This document shows positions 31,314 to 41,900 of a DNA stretch of 64,000 nucleotides, piece after piece. This DNA is from Candidatus Latescibacterota bacterium (GTDB lineage Bacteria > Latescibacterota > UBA2968 > GCA-2709665), in the NCBI GenBank assembly GCA_965205485.1, contig OZ242180.1:1856001-1920000 (forward strand), written 5' to 3'. The notes below the pieces were generated by a model that saw only the letters and a list, made by a program, of their open reading frames with translations, made no database searches and had not been told where the DNA came from. The position numbers and the translations under genes are program-made. Within the stretch, counting starts at the first letter, position 1. The number at the start of each line of letters is the position of its first letter.

Positions 31314-32038
31314 ACGCAGATTCTGAAATTGTCTCGCGGAGACACCTGCTATCCATCATGATTCCCGTTTACAACGAGGAGAATACGCTTGAGGCCGTGA
31401 TCGAACGTGTCAGGGCCGTGCCGGTTCAGGAAGGCGTTGACAGGGAAATCATCGTGGTGGATGACGGCTCCACCGACGGGACCGGAGCCATACTGGAGAA
31501 TCTGAACCATCACGTTATCAGGGTGGTCCGCCATCTCCGGAACATGGGAAAGGGCGCGGCGGTCAGAACGGCCCTGACGCATGCAACCGGAGACTGGGTC
31601 CTCATTCAGGATGCGGACCTGGAATACGCGCCCGAAGACTACCCTGAACTGATCGCCCCCTTTCTGAGAGACCCGTCCATCGTCGCGGTGTTCGGTTCGC
31701 GTTTCCTTGGCCGGATCGAAGGCATGAAGCTGCCTAACTTCATCGCCAACAAACTGCTCACCTGGTTTACGAACGTCCTCTTTCATTCACGGATTACCGA
31801 CCTTTGTACAGGGTACAAACTCTACCGGACCGAAGTCGTGCGTGAGATTCCACTCGTTCGGGACGGCTTCGACCTGGAACACGAACTCACGGCCAAGCTC
31901 CTGAAACGAGAGTGCCGGATCGTCGACGTCCCGATAAAGTACACAGGGCGGGACGTGAGCGCCGGCAAGAAGGTGCGCTGGACCGATTTCTTCATCAACA
32001 TCAAGACACTCCTCAAGTACCGTTTCACCGGAATATAA
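31310..32038 (+). CDS. Glycosyltransferase family 2 (DPM synthase-like)
   Basis: IPVYNEE, VDDGSTDGT, GKGAA, IQDADLEY, GSRF, GKKVRW. Confidence 0.9.
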   Translation: MNADSEIVSRRHLLSIMIPVYNEENTLEAVIERVRAVPVQEGVDREIIVVDDGSTDGTGAILENLNHHVIRVVRHLRNMGKGAAVRTALTHATGDWVLIQDADLEYAPEDYPELIAPFLRDPSIVAVFGSRFLGRIEGMKLPNFIANKLLTWFTNVLFHSRITDLCTGYKLYRTEVVREIPLVRDGFDLEHELTAKLLKRECRIVDVPIKYTGRDVSAGKKVRWTDFFINIKTLLKYRFTGI

Positions 32039-32040
32039 AC

Positions 32041-33789
32041 GTGCCGCGTCTCAGTCTCATCGTTCCGTACTGTCTGGTTATCTTGCTCGCCCTTCAGTGT
32101 TATCACCGGCTAAACCTTGCAACGGCCGTGCCTGTCATGGTGTGTTCGCTGGTTATTCTGTGTGTCGCGGCACTTGCCGCCTTCCGGCAGATACCTAAAC
32201 ACAGGGTTATGCGCGGGGCATTGGCGGGTTCCCTTGCCATCTGCGGCCTGTACCTCCTCACCTGCAACGAATGGGTGGAGGTTATCGGCGATAATATTGC
32301 GTACATCAGGGACGCGATGCGTCTGGTTCAGGGCAAAGGAGTAATGGACAGCCAGTACGGCCTGGGCGTAAAGACTTTGCTTATGCCTGCTGTTGTACTG
32401 TTCCGCAACAGCGTGCCCGCGCTCAAGGTCACGATCGCGGTTTCGGGCTTCCTCTTCCCGCTCTGCACGTTCCTGGTCTTCCGCGAATTTGTCGACAATA
32501 ACCGCGCGCTTCTGATTGCCCTGATCTCGGGCGCATTCTGGCTGGCGGTGAGGTACTCCAACGTCGTCACGGCGGACATGCCCTTTCCCGTTTTCTCGTT
32601 GCTCGCCCTCTGGTCAATCCTTCAGTACATCAGGCGCCCAGGTATCTCCTGGGGATGGTTGATTGCCGCCGCTTGCGCCGCGGGTTGGGCTTACCACGTA
32701 AAGTCGCCGTCCATATACCTGGTGATCGCGGCCACCATCTACCTCGCGCTCCGAAAGGAGGTCAAAAAACCGCTGCTCCTCGTTGCATGCGCCTCCGTAT
32801 GGGTTCTGCCCTGGGTAATTTACCTGAAGGTTCACTTTCCTGAGTCCCAGGGCTACCTGGGAATGATCCACCAGATCGCCAGGGGAGCCTATATTCCGGA
32901 GGGCGAGGTGGGCGCCTTCTGGCAGAATTTCCTCTACTACATCTTTAAAAAAAACCCGGCCGGCTATCTTCAGAACCTGGAATACTTCCTTCTGCCCGCA
33001 GAGTATATGTATAAGCTGCCGATTTCCGCAAGATGGCGCCCCGTTGGCTGGATCGTTCTGATTCTGATCGGCATCGGCTTTGTCTTTGGGAGAAGACCTG
33101 CAAACAAAAGGCCACTATCGCTCCTGCGGAGCGTGGAGGTCCACGATTGGTACTTCCTGGGTTACGTTGCGACCCTCTTCGTGCTTCCCGGTTCCCCGGA
33201 TCGATATCTCCTTCCCGTTCTGCCGTTCATCGTCTTCTATATATTCAAGGGCTTCGAAGGAATCTGCAACCGCTTTCCGGATTCCATTCCTCCGAAAAAG
33301 GGGTTCATGCGCTACCTGCCACTCGAGAGAGTCACGGCCGTCTTTCAACGGTCCGTCCTGGTCAGATACTACCCCGTCCTGCTGTCGTGCGTGTTTCTGC
33401 TGCCGTCCCTGTTCGCGGATTTCGGGTTTATACGCGACAGGCGGATGAGTCCTGGCTATCATCAGGCCTGGAAGACGTACTACGAGGCCAGCGTCTGGAT
33501 GAGGGACAATACACCTCCCCAGAGCCGGGTCTCCACGCGAAAGCCGGGACTGGTGTGGTTCTGGTCCCGGCGGGAAGCGAATGGCTACCCCCGCGTCGAG
33601 GACCCTGTCGAAATCCTGGCGGCGTTGAAGAAATTTGATTACATCCTGCTGGACAATATCCCGGTTTTCCCGGAAAAATTGAAGTATATCGTACCCGCCA
33701 TAAAGACGTTTCCAGAACGCTTCAAGGTCATACACACCACGGAAGCGCCCAAGACCTACGTTATCAGAATCATTAGGGACGACCCGTAA
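32041..33789 (+). CDS. Polytopic membrane protein, ArnT/GT39-like (GT-C)
   Basis: Many TM segments, GDNIAYI loop motif, WMRDNTP C-terminal domain; follows GT2. Confidence 0.65.
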   Translation: MPRLSLIVPYCLVILLALQCYHRLNLATAVPVMVCSLVILCVAALAAFRQIPKHRVMRGALAGSLAICGLYLLTCNEWVEVIGDNIAYIRDAMRLVQGKGVMDSQYGLGVKTLLMPAVVLFRNSVPALKVTIAVSGFLFPLCTFLVFREFVDNNRALLIALISGAFWLAVRYSNVVTADMPFPVFSLLALWSILQYIRRPGISWGWLIAAACAAGWAYHVKSPSIYLVIAATIYLALRKEVKKPLLLVACASVWVLPWVIYLKVHFPESQGYLGMIHQIARGAYIPEGEVGAFWQNFLYYIFKKNPAGYLQNLEYFLLPAEYMYKLPISARWRPVGWIVLILIGIGFVFGRRPANKRPLSLLRSVEVHDWYFLGYVATLFVLPGSPDRYLLPVLPFIVFYIFKGFEGICNRFPDSIPPKKGFMRYLPLERVTAVFQRSVLVRYYPVLLSCVFLLPSLFADFGFIRDRRMSPGYHQAWKTYYEASVWMRDNTPPQSRVSTRKPGLVWFWSRREANGYPRVEDPVEILAALKKFDYILLDNIPVFPEKLKYIVPAIKTFPERFKVIHTTEAPKTYVIRIIRDDP

Positions 33790-33834
33790 AGAGGGGCTGT
33801 TTACCCGACGCCGCGGCCTGCCTCGCTCCCCCCT

Positions 33835-34790
33835 GGAGCGAGGGCATCCCTGCCCTCGGAACGCCGTTGTTGCATTTGTAGGGGCAACCCTTGTGGTTGC
33901 CCGCCTTTTCGCCGTCCCGGTTTTCTTTGTGTCCTTTGTGTCTTCGTGTCTCCGTGTGAGGCCGGGTTTCTTGCCTTTCTCCCTCTTTCCTTTAGGAGAG
34001 AGGGTCGGGGAGAGAGGTCTGCGGGGCGAAGGAAGGAAAAAGGAAGAAACAGCGATAACTATGATTTTAGCCACTTCTGCTATGGGACTCTCGCAAGATT
34101 CAAGTGGAAGAGGATTGCTGGGGAGAGTGGAAAACCGGTGGCATGCGGTGTCGTCTCCCCTTTCACGGCTTACGTCTCTCCGCTTCAGAGGGCGCCGGGG
34201 TTTGGTCCCCCCGGGAGCGAGGGCATCCTGCCCTCGATGGCCGATTCGCGAGGCCCTGGTGCCGTTAATCGAGACGTGATTTCGGATGGAAGGGTAGCGA
34301 TAGGCCCTTGATGCGAGAATCGATGGGTCGCCTTCTATTCGAGGGCAGGATGCCCTCGCTCCGGATATTGGAAGATCATCTCGCGGCTTCTTTGTTTTTC
34401 CTCCCTCTCTCCCGGTGGGAGAGAGGGCCGGGGAGAGAGGTCTGCGGGGAGAGAGGTCTGCGGAAGGAAGAAGGAAGAAGGAAGAAGGAAGAAACAGCGA
34501 TAACTATGATTTTAGCCACTTCTGCTATGGGACTCTCGCAAGATTCAAGTGGAAGAGGATTGCTGGGGAGAGTGGAAAACCGGTGGCATGCGGTGTCGTC
34601 TCCCCTTTCACGGCTTACGTCTCTCCGCTTCAGAGGGCGCCGGGGTTTGGTCCCCCCGGGAGCGAGGGCATCCTGCCCTCGGAACGCCGTTGTTGCATTT
34701 GTAGGGGCAACCCTTGTGGTTGCCCGCCTCTTTGCCGTTCCGGTTTTCTTTGTGTCCTTTGTGTCTTGGTGTCTTTGTGTGAGCTGATTT
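33835..34790 (+). repeat. Intergenic repeat mosaic with internal direct duplications
   Basis: 34040-34236 matches 34485-34681; 33835-33960 closely matches 34659-34782; contains GTAG-REP GTAGGGGCAACCCTTGTGGTTGCCC twice. Confidence 0.9.
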
Positions 34791-34810
34791 TCGCCTTTTT
34801 CCGACAACTA

Positions 34811-34846
34811 AAGAAAGCCCGGCGCGCATTCCCGCCGGGCTTTCTT
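34811..34846. terminator. Hairpin terminator between convergent genes
   Basis: AAGAAAGCCCGGCG-loop-CGCCGGGCTTTCTT. Confidence 0.7.
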
Positions 34847-34889
34847 CGTACGTATCGATCTGGTGACACGAACGTCGGTGTTGCGCCTC

Positions 34890-36359
34890 TTACTCAGGAA
34901 TCTTCATGGTCAGAAACAGATGGTACGTTCCCCGCCGGACGAAAAAGGCGGCGTTGCGGCCCTTTTCGAGCTTGGCCAGAGATGCCTTGAATTCGGCTAC
35001 GGATCCCACTTCCCGTTCGAAGCTCCCCTGCCGGATCTTGAAGATGATGTCTCCCCGCTGGAAGCGGGCCCGCCCCGCGCGGCTTCCCTGGGCCACTTCC
35101 GTCACGAGAATGCCTTCCATTTCGCCTTCAAGCCCCCATCTTTCCTCGATTTCAGGGGTGATGTTGCTCACGCTCAGACCATGAAGCTCGGTCTGAGCCG
35201 CCTGCGTCCTCGTGGAGGCAACGTCGCCGATCTGCGCGGGCTTTTCTCCCAGCTTGACTGGAAGGGTGATCGTCCTGTTTTTTCGTCTGATTTCCAGCGC
35301 AACGGTTTCGTCAGGGTGTTTTCTTGCAATCAGGCTCTGGACCTGGTTGGGTCGATTGACCGGCCTCCCGTCTATGCTCAGGATGATATCTTCGTCCTTG
35401 AGACCGGCGGCATCGGCCGGCGTGTCCGCGAAGACGTTTGCGATGAGTACGCCCCGGGGGCCGTCCAGGCCGAATGCGTCGGCGAGCGACGCATCCACGC
35501 TTCTGAGGTTGATGCCCAGAAAACCCCGCCGGACCCGGCCATGGTTAATGATGTCATCCATCACCTTCCTGGCCAGATTGATCGGAATGGCGAAGCCGTA
35601 TCCGACAAATCCACCGGTACCGGATGCGATCGCCGTGTTGACGCCGATGACTTTACCGTCGAGGTTGATCAGCGCCCCGCCTGAGTTGCCGGGGTTGATG
35701 GCTGCGTCAGTCTGGATGAAATCTTCGATGGCGAATCCGGAACGGTCCGAGATGATGTTCAGATTTCGGCCCAGCGCGCTGACGATGCCGGAGGTAACCG
35801 TAGAACGCAAGGACAGGGGCGCGCCCACCGCCATCACCCACTCACCGATCTGTACCTCGTCGGAGTCGCCCACCGGCGCGGACGCAAGGTCCTCGGCGTC
35901 GATTTTGATGACCGCCACGTCCGTGAGCGAGTCGGTGCCGACAAGGCGGGCATCGAACTCCTGGTTGTCATTGAGGATCACCGTAATCTCGTCCGCACTC
36001 CCCGCCACGTGATGGTTCGTCAGGATATACCCGTCCGCGGTCATGATGATGCCTGAGCCGAGCCCGGGGCGTTCCTGTTGTCTTTCCCGCCACCCCTCGC
36101 CCCTCGGCATCCGGAAAAAGGGACGGAAGAACTCCGGCCTTTCCCTCGTCCATACATTGGTCACGGTCTCCCTGGTGCTGATGGTGACCACCGTCGGCGT
36201 GATTCGGCTGGCTATCCCGGTAAATGCCTTGTTTAGACTCCGAAGCTGCTCGATGGCCTGGTCTTCGGATGCGAATGCGGGCGAAGTGAAGGCGCCGGCG
36301 GCGATGAGCAGGCCCACGAAAAGCGTGAATCCACGAAAGCGGATGGTCTTATTCGACAT
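34890..36359 (-). CDS. degP: Do/DegP (HtrA) serine protease with two PDZ domains
   Basis: Signal peptide, GSG, LTNHHV, TDVAVIKI, IQTDAAINPGNSGG. Confidence 0.9.
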   Translation of the reverse strand: MSNKTIRFRGFTLFVGLLIAAGAFTSPAFASEDQAIEQLRSLNKAFTGIASRITPTVVTISTRETVTNVWTRERPEFFRPFFRMPRGEGWRERQQERPGLGSGIIMTADGYILTNHHVAGSADEITVILNDNQEFDARLVGTDSLTDVAVIKIDAEDLASAPVGDSDEVQIGEWVMAVGAPLSLRSTVTSGIVSALGRNLNIISDRSGFAIEDFIQTDAAINPGNSGGALINLDGKVIGVNTAIASGTGGFVGYGFAIPINLARKVMDDIINHGRVRRGFLGINLRSVDASLADAFGLDGPRGVLIANVFADTPADAAGLKDEDIILSIDGRPVNRPNQVQSLIARKHPDETVALEIRRKNRTITLPVKLGEKPAQIGDVASTRTQAAQTELHGLSVSNITPEIEERWGLEGEMEGILVTEVAQGSRAGRARFQRGDIIFKIRQGSFEREVGSVAEFKASLAKLEKGRNAAFFVRRGTYHLFLTMKIPE

Positions 36360-36474
36360 CTGGAAGTGCCCCTTTCTCTGGTTCTCGATTACCTCGACGT
36401 TTCGATGATGACACCCGGGTTTATGGGTGTTTAGACCCGGAAGGCGGGGGAAAGGTTCCGAAAATCGGGGAGCC

Positions 36475-37206
36475 GGTAGAGGTGAAAGGGTAGAAGAAAT
36501 CCTTGCCCGATCGGTTCCTCCTACTTGCCTCCGGCACGAGAAGAAACCTTACACGGCATGCGATCTATACCTTCTTCCGTCTACGTCTTGCTGTTCCTGA
36601 GGAACACGCCGTAGGCACGACTTTGAACGGAAAAGCAAAAGGGGTTTGTCATTTGCAAGTCGGATTTTCCTGATAAATCCTAATTTTTCAGTTTTTTACG
36701 TCCTTTTTCTTATCCGCGTAAGAAAAAGGACCAAAAAGAAGCGCGCCCTTCGGCAGGGGGCCGGTTTTTCCGTGAACCGCCTAGGAGGCACGAATGCAAC
36801 TCGGTGGCCTGCGACTCCCTGACGTGTGCCAAAACATCGGCGCGGAACGGATGAACACGGAAAAACCCCCCGTACCCCAGGTCGCTTAAACGGAAGAATC
36901 TGCCATTGCGCGAGACCTGGCCGTGCTCCCTCTCTCCCGGTGGGAGAGAGGGCTGGGGAGAGAGGTCTGCGGGGCCGGGCGGAGGTTTGCCGGGAGCGAG
37001 GTCATCCTGCCCTGGGAACGCCGCAGTTGTGTTTGTAGGGGCACCCCTTGTGGGTGCCCGCCTTGTCGCTGTTTCAGGGTTTCCCTTTGTGCCTTTGTGT
37101 CTTCGTGTCTTTGTGTGAGCTGATCTTCGTCAAAGCTGCCTTTGATCTTGCTTTTGACCTTGCCTTTCGCTTTTAGCTGATGGCTGACGGCTGATAGCTG
37201 ACAGCT
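36475..37206 (+). repeat. Intergenic repeat mosaic incl. foldback element, long structured element, GTAG-REP, 9-mer and 7-mer arrays
   Basis: Modules shared with other intergenic regions. Confidence 0.8.
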
Positions 37207-37212
37207 GTTCTT

Positions 37213-38760
37213 CTACAGCCCGTACTGCTGGATTTTTCGGTAGAGGGTGCGCTCGGGAAGGTCCAGCAGCGCGGCCGCGCGTTTGCGGTGACCGCCGGTG
37301 GCCCTGAGCGCACGGGCGATGGTCTCGCGCTCCACTTCGCGGAGGGACTTGACCTCGTCGCCCGGTGAAGGCGCGGCGTCGGCCTCGGTGTATTCGACTT
37401 CCGCCACGCGGTCGGCAACCGGCGGGGACCCCTGTGAGTAGACGGGCAGGGAGGGCAGGTCGGCGGGATTCTCCATCAGGTAGGCCTTGAGTTCCTTGAT
37501 GTCTCTCGCAACCTCCAGGACGGCCCAGTAGAGCAGGTCGCGCTGGGACTCCTCCGGCGTTTTTCCCACCTGGACGGGCAGGTTGGAACCGGGGCGTCCA
37601 GACACCTGCGAAGGGTCCATGCCTTCGAGGTGCTGGGTGATGTCGGCCGGCCCGATCCTGCGGTTGACGGAAAGGACCATCAGCCGCTCGATCAGGTTCC
37701 GGAGTTCGCGGATATTGCCCGGCCAGCGGTAATTGAGCAGGATGTCCATCGCCGTCGCGTCCAGTTCGATGGGCGGTACGCCGTGTTCCTCCCGGTAGAG
37801 TTGAATGAAGTGGTCGACCAGGACCGGTATGTCCTCCGGGTGGCTCCGCAGCGGCGGCACCCGGAGCTCGACCACCTTGAGGCGGTGATAGAGGTCGCTT
37901 CGGAAGCGCCCCTCGTTGACGGCCTGCTCGAGGTCCTGGTTCGTTGCGGCAAGCACCCGCACGTCCACGCTGATGGGCTGCGTGCTTCCCAGGCGCGTGA
38001 TCTCCCGGGTATCCAGCACGCGCAGCAGGCGGACCTGGGCCGCGAGGGTCATTTCGCCGATTTCATCCAGGAAGACGGTGCCGCCGTCCGCGGCCTCGAA
38101 GATGCCCTCTCGCCGGGTCCGCGCGTCCGTGAACGCGCCTTTCTCGTGGCCGAAGAGTTCGCTTTCCAGAAGGGTCTCCGGAATGGCCCCGCAGTTCACG
38201 GTGATGAGCCGCGCGTCGGACCGGACGCTGTGCCGGTGCAGCGCCTGGACCACCACGTTCTTGCCCGACCCGCTCTCTCCGGTAATCAGCACGCTGACGG
38301 GAACCGGCCCGACCTGCCGGATGGTTTCCCGGATCCGTCTGATGGCTTCCGAATTGCCCAGCAGGTCCGTGTCAACGTCCGATACGGTCTGGTCGGTGAC
38401 CAGTTGCAGCGCCTGCCTCACCTGCTCCGCGTCCACCGGCAGGTCCAGGATGGCCCGCGGCTCGAGGCCCTGTAGCAGCGTACGGTCCTGGCGTCTTTCC
38501 GGCGTCAGGAAGACCAGGAGGGAAACGTCACCAGAGTCCGCCAGCAGGGGCCGGTCCGGGTCCGATACCGCCCGGGAGAGGTTCGCCTCGTCCACCAGGA
38601 TCAGGTCGACGTCTCCTCGTCTGAGCAGCTTGGGCACCGGTCCGACGCTGTTGGTCAGAATGGTCTTCCATCCCTGCGCTTCCAGCTCCGAGCGCAGGGT
38701 CTGGCCCAATTCCGGATCGGCGCTAACGATAAGCGCGTCTTTTCTGGATGCTGCGGCCAT
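37213..38760 (-). CDS. Sigma-54-dependent Fis-family transcriptional regulator
   Basis: GESGSGK, ESELFGHEKGAFTDA, FLDEIGE, FRSDLYHRL, WPGNIREL, C-terminal HTH; degenerate receiver-like N-terminus. Confidence 0.92.
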   Translation of the reverse strand: MAAASRKDALIVSADPELGQTLRSELEAQGWKTILTNSVGPVPKLLRRGDVDLILVDEANLSRAVSDPDRPLLADSGDVSLLVFLTPERRQDRTLLQGLEPRAILDLPVDAEQVRQALQLVTDQTVSDVDTDLLGNSEAIRRIRETIRQVGPVPVSVLITGESGSGKNVVVQALHRHSVRSDARLITVNCGAIPETLLESELFGHEKGAFTDARTRREGIFEAADGGTVFLDEIGEMTLAAQVRLLRVLDTREITRLGSTQPISVDVRVLAATNQDLEQAVNEGRFRSDLYHRLKVVELRVPPLRSHPEDIPVLVDHFIQLYREEHGVPPIELDATAMDILLNYRWPGNIRELRNLIERLMVLSVNRRIGPADITQHLEGMDPSQVSGRPGSNLPVQVGKTPEESQRDLLYWAVLEVARDIKELKAYLMENPADLPSLPVYSQGSPPVADRVAEVEYTEADAAPSPGDEVKSLREVERETIARALRATGGHRKRAAALLDLPERTLYRKIQQYGL

Positions 38761-38820
38761 AGCGTTCAATTGGGTATATCGGTTTGGTCTTTCGTATGGT
38801 CCGGCCTTCCGCCCGTATCC

Positions 38821-38847
38821 GGAGCGAGGGCAGGATGCCCTCGCTCC
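38821..38847. repeat. Single perfect hairpin GGAGCGAGGGCA-GGA-TGCCCTCGCTCC
   Basis: 12-bp perfect inverted repeat, same family as the paired elements. Confidence 0.85.
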
Positions 38848-38945
38848 TGGGAATGGCATCGGGCTTAATGGGACCGAATGAGCACAATTGTGATCGCTGG
38901 AACAGTCACTTTGTTCCTGGCCGGCAGTGGTTTCGGACAAAGGGT

Positions 38946-41900
38946 CTATTGCGTGGGTGCGGTCGCCTCCTGGCTGCCGTCCAACAGTGCCTCCAGCATC
39001 TCGATGCGTTTCCCGGCCTGCAGACCGAAGTCGCTGGCGGCCCCTTCCCGGCGCTGGATGGCCTTCAGTTCACGGATCGCCTCCGTGAATTTCCCCTGGG
39101 CTTCGTAGCAGGTGGCGAGGCCATCGTGCGCGCTCGCCGCCCACTGTGGGGCGCCCTGAAACTGGTACAGGAGTTTCAGATATTCCCGCTTCGCGCTTTC
39201 ATAATCTCCCAGACCGAAGTGGCTTCTTGCAAGCCAGAACTGTATGGTCGACCAGTCGTTCCCCTCGGCGTTTTTCAGGAGAGGAGTCAACCTGGCGATC
39301 GCCAGGCGGAATTGTTTGTTGTCGTGCAGCATGGTGCCTATGTCAATACGGACGTCCGACGCCAGGGGATGCCCGGGAAACTCCTGTACAAGCCGGTTGG
39401 CGTAGGCGATCGCCGTATCCAGCAACTTCAGGCGTCTGTGTACCTTCATCAGCCTGGACAGCACGTTCGGCGTTTCTTCCGGAGACGGACCGGCCTCGAG
39501 CACGTTCCGGTACGCCCTCGATGCCCTTTCGTAATCGCCCGATTCATACAGGATATCGGCCAGCTCCAGGGCGGCGGCGGGCCAGTGGCGGCTGCCTGAA
39601 CGGGCCTTTACAAAGGCGGCGAGCGCCTCCCGGTAGGCTTCTTTCTCACCTTCCCGTTTCAGCGTCCTGACGCGATACCAGGCGGCCTCGGCGGCGGCCT
39701 CGCCTCCGGGGTGTTTCCTGACCACGTCCTCGAAAATCTGGCGGGCTTTCTTGAAATTCCCGGCCCTCTGATAATACCTGCCCTCTTCGATCCGGAACCG
39801 GGCGAGCCAGTCACGGCTGTTCGGGAAGGATTTCTTGAATACGCCCGAGGCTTTTTTCGCCTCCTGCACGCGTTTCAGCCGGTACAGGCTCAGGACTTCG
39901 CGCCCGGCAACCGACTCGTCCCGCGCGTCCGCCGGCACCTGCGCGAGGGCCGCGAGCGCGCCCGGGTAGTCCTCGGTTTCGAACAGGAGGGCGGCGAGGG
40001 TCTTGCCCGCTTTGGCTTTGAGCGGGCTTTCCGGGTATTGTTTCGGGAACGCCTTGAAGGCCGTGACGGCGTCGGCATTCCGCTTCAGTTCCGCCAGAAG
40101 CCGCGCCCTGGTATACGCGAAGCTGTCGGCGTACGCCGCGTTCGGAAAAGCGTCGAGCAGGGCCTTGCAGGCATCAATGGCTTCCGCCGGCTGCCCGTTT
40201 GCCTCGTAGGACCGTGCGAGCCGCCTGAGAACAGGTCCTTCCGGCCCGGCCGACAACAGTTCCACGTCGACGTCGATGGCGCGCCGGTAGTCCCCGGCCC
40301 TGTAGTAACTCTCGGCCAGCAGGTCCCGCGCGGACCGCGCCAGCCCGGCCGGCGCCGGCCCCGCGAGAAGCTCGGTCAGGTCGTCCGCCGCGCTGCGCGG
40401 GAAGCCCCGATCCAGGAGGATGCGGCCGAGTTGGTACCTGGCGTGGCCTTCCAGGTCGCTTTCCGGATACTCGAAGAGGAAATCGCGCAGCGTTTCCTCG
40501 GCCGAAACGTAGTCATTCTTCCGGGCCTGGCAAAGGCCGATGCCGTAGGTTGCCCGTTCCGCGGCGGGGCTTTGCGGATATGCGTTCCGGATGCCACGGT
40601 AGGTCGTCAGGGCGGTGTCGATCCACGCGGGCTCGAATCCGCCCAGCGTTCGCATCGCGTCGGCCATTGCCAGCAGAACCCGGTCCAGAAGGTCGGACTC
40701 GGGATAGGCCGCTTTGAATTCGCCGTAACCTGCGAGTTGCCGCCGCGCCCGCACCGAATCCGGGTCCTCCGCCTGAAGGGTTTCCGTTTCAATGCGCAAC
40801 AGGGCCGCGTTGTCCGCGAATTCGCTTTCGGGATGCCCCGCCTCAACCTCCCTGAGCGCCGCCAGACCCTTGTCGTACCAGAAGGATTCCGCATCCGGCC
40901 GGCCCTGCAGCCCCGACTCCCGCGCCACTTTCAGGGCGCTCTCGCCAAGAAGCCAGGTCGCCTCGGCAGCGAACGGCTGCGGGGCGTCCGTTGACAGCGC
41001 CGCGGCAAGCTGTTCTGCGGCCTCCGCATATTGCCGGCGGCTGTGAAGGAACCGGCCCAGGACGAACTGGGCGTACGGATCGGACGCGATGGCAGGGAGA
41101 TTCGAAAGCAGCGCGGCGAGTTCGGCTGCCGGTATGCCGGTGGATTCGCGTCCGAATTCCCGCAGGTACCGGATTCTGTTCTGGGCCTCTTCGGCGCGCC
41201 TGTGGAATTTCTGCAGGTAGGTACGGTATTCGCGAATGGCCGGGTCCGCCTGCCCGGTTCGATCCAGGATACGGGCGATGCCGAACTGCGCCTCGCCGGC
41301 GACGTCAGCCGGGGCCGTATCCGCCAGATCACGGTAGGTTTCCAGGGCGAGGTCGTGCCAGCCCAGGTCCTGCTCGTACGTGTGCGCGATCCGCAGCCGG
41401 GCCGATGCCGCGGCGTCCGGGGCTTCCGTTTCTTCAATGTATGCCCGGTATGCCCTCAAGGCCCTGCGCGGGGCGCCTGCCGCGCGCCAGACGTCGCCCA
41501 TTTCGGCGTACGCCCGGATGCCGGCTTCCGATTCCGGATAGAGTTCCCGGAGACGGCGGAACGCGTTCTGCGCCTCCCGGTGCTGTTTCAGACCGGCGTG
41601 GGCGCGCCCCAGGCCCAGCCAGGCGCGGTCCAGGTGGGGGCTGGCGGCATAGGCGTTGATGAACTCCGTGAATAACGCGAGCGCTTCGGCCGTGCGTCCC
41701 AGTTCGCGCCACGCGTTGGCCAGGCCCAGTACCGCCTGCTGGCGGCTTTCGCTTTGCGGAAGGCTGCCCCTTGCGAGTTCGTAGATTTCGGCTGCCCGGG
41801 ACCAGTTTCCTCTTCCTTCGTACCAGGAGGCCTGCGCCAGGTAGGATGCGCCCGACGCTGAACTGCGCGGGTAGGCCCTGCGCAGCCTGCCGAAGGCCGC

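Noticed and set aside
33893..34990. ORFs in repeat mosaics (also 9348..9974, 27209..27601, 42697..43173, 49559..49914)
   Set aside because: Translations are recurring repeat phrases (GARASCPR, LSAISRQ, FFLLPSS) without RBS or family motifs.
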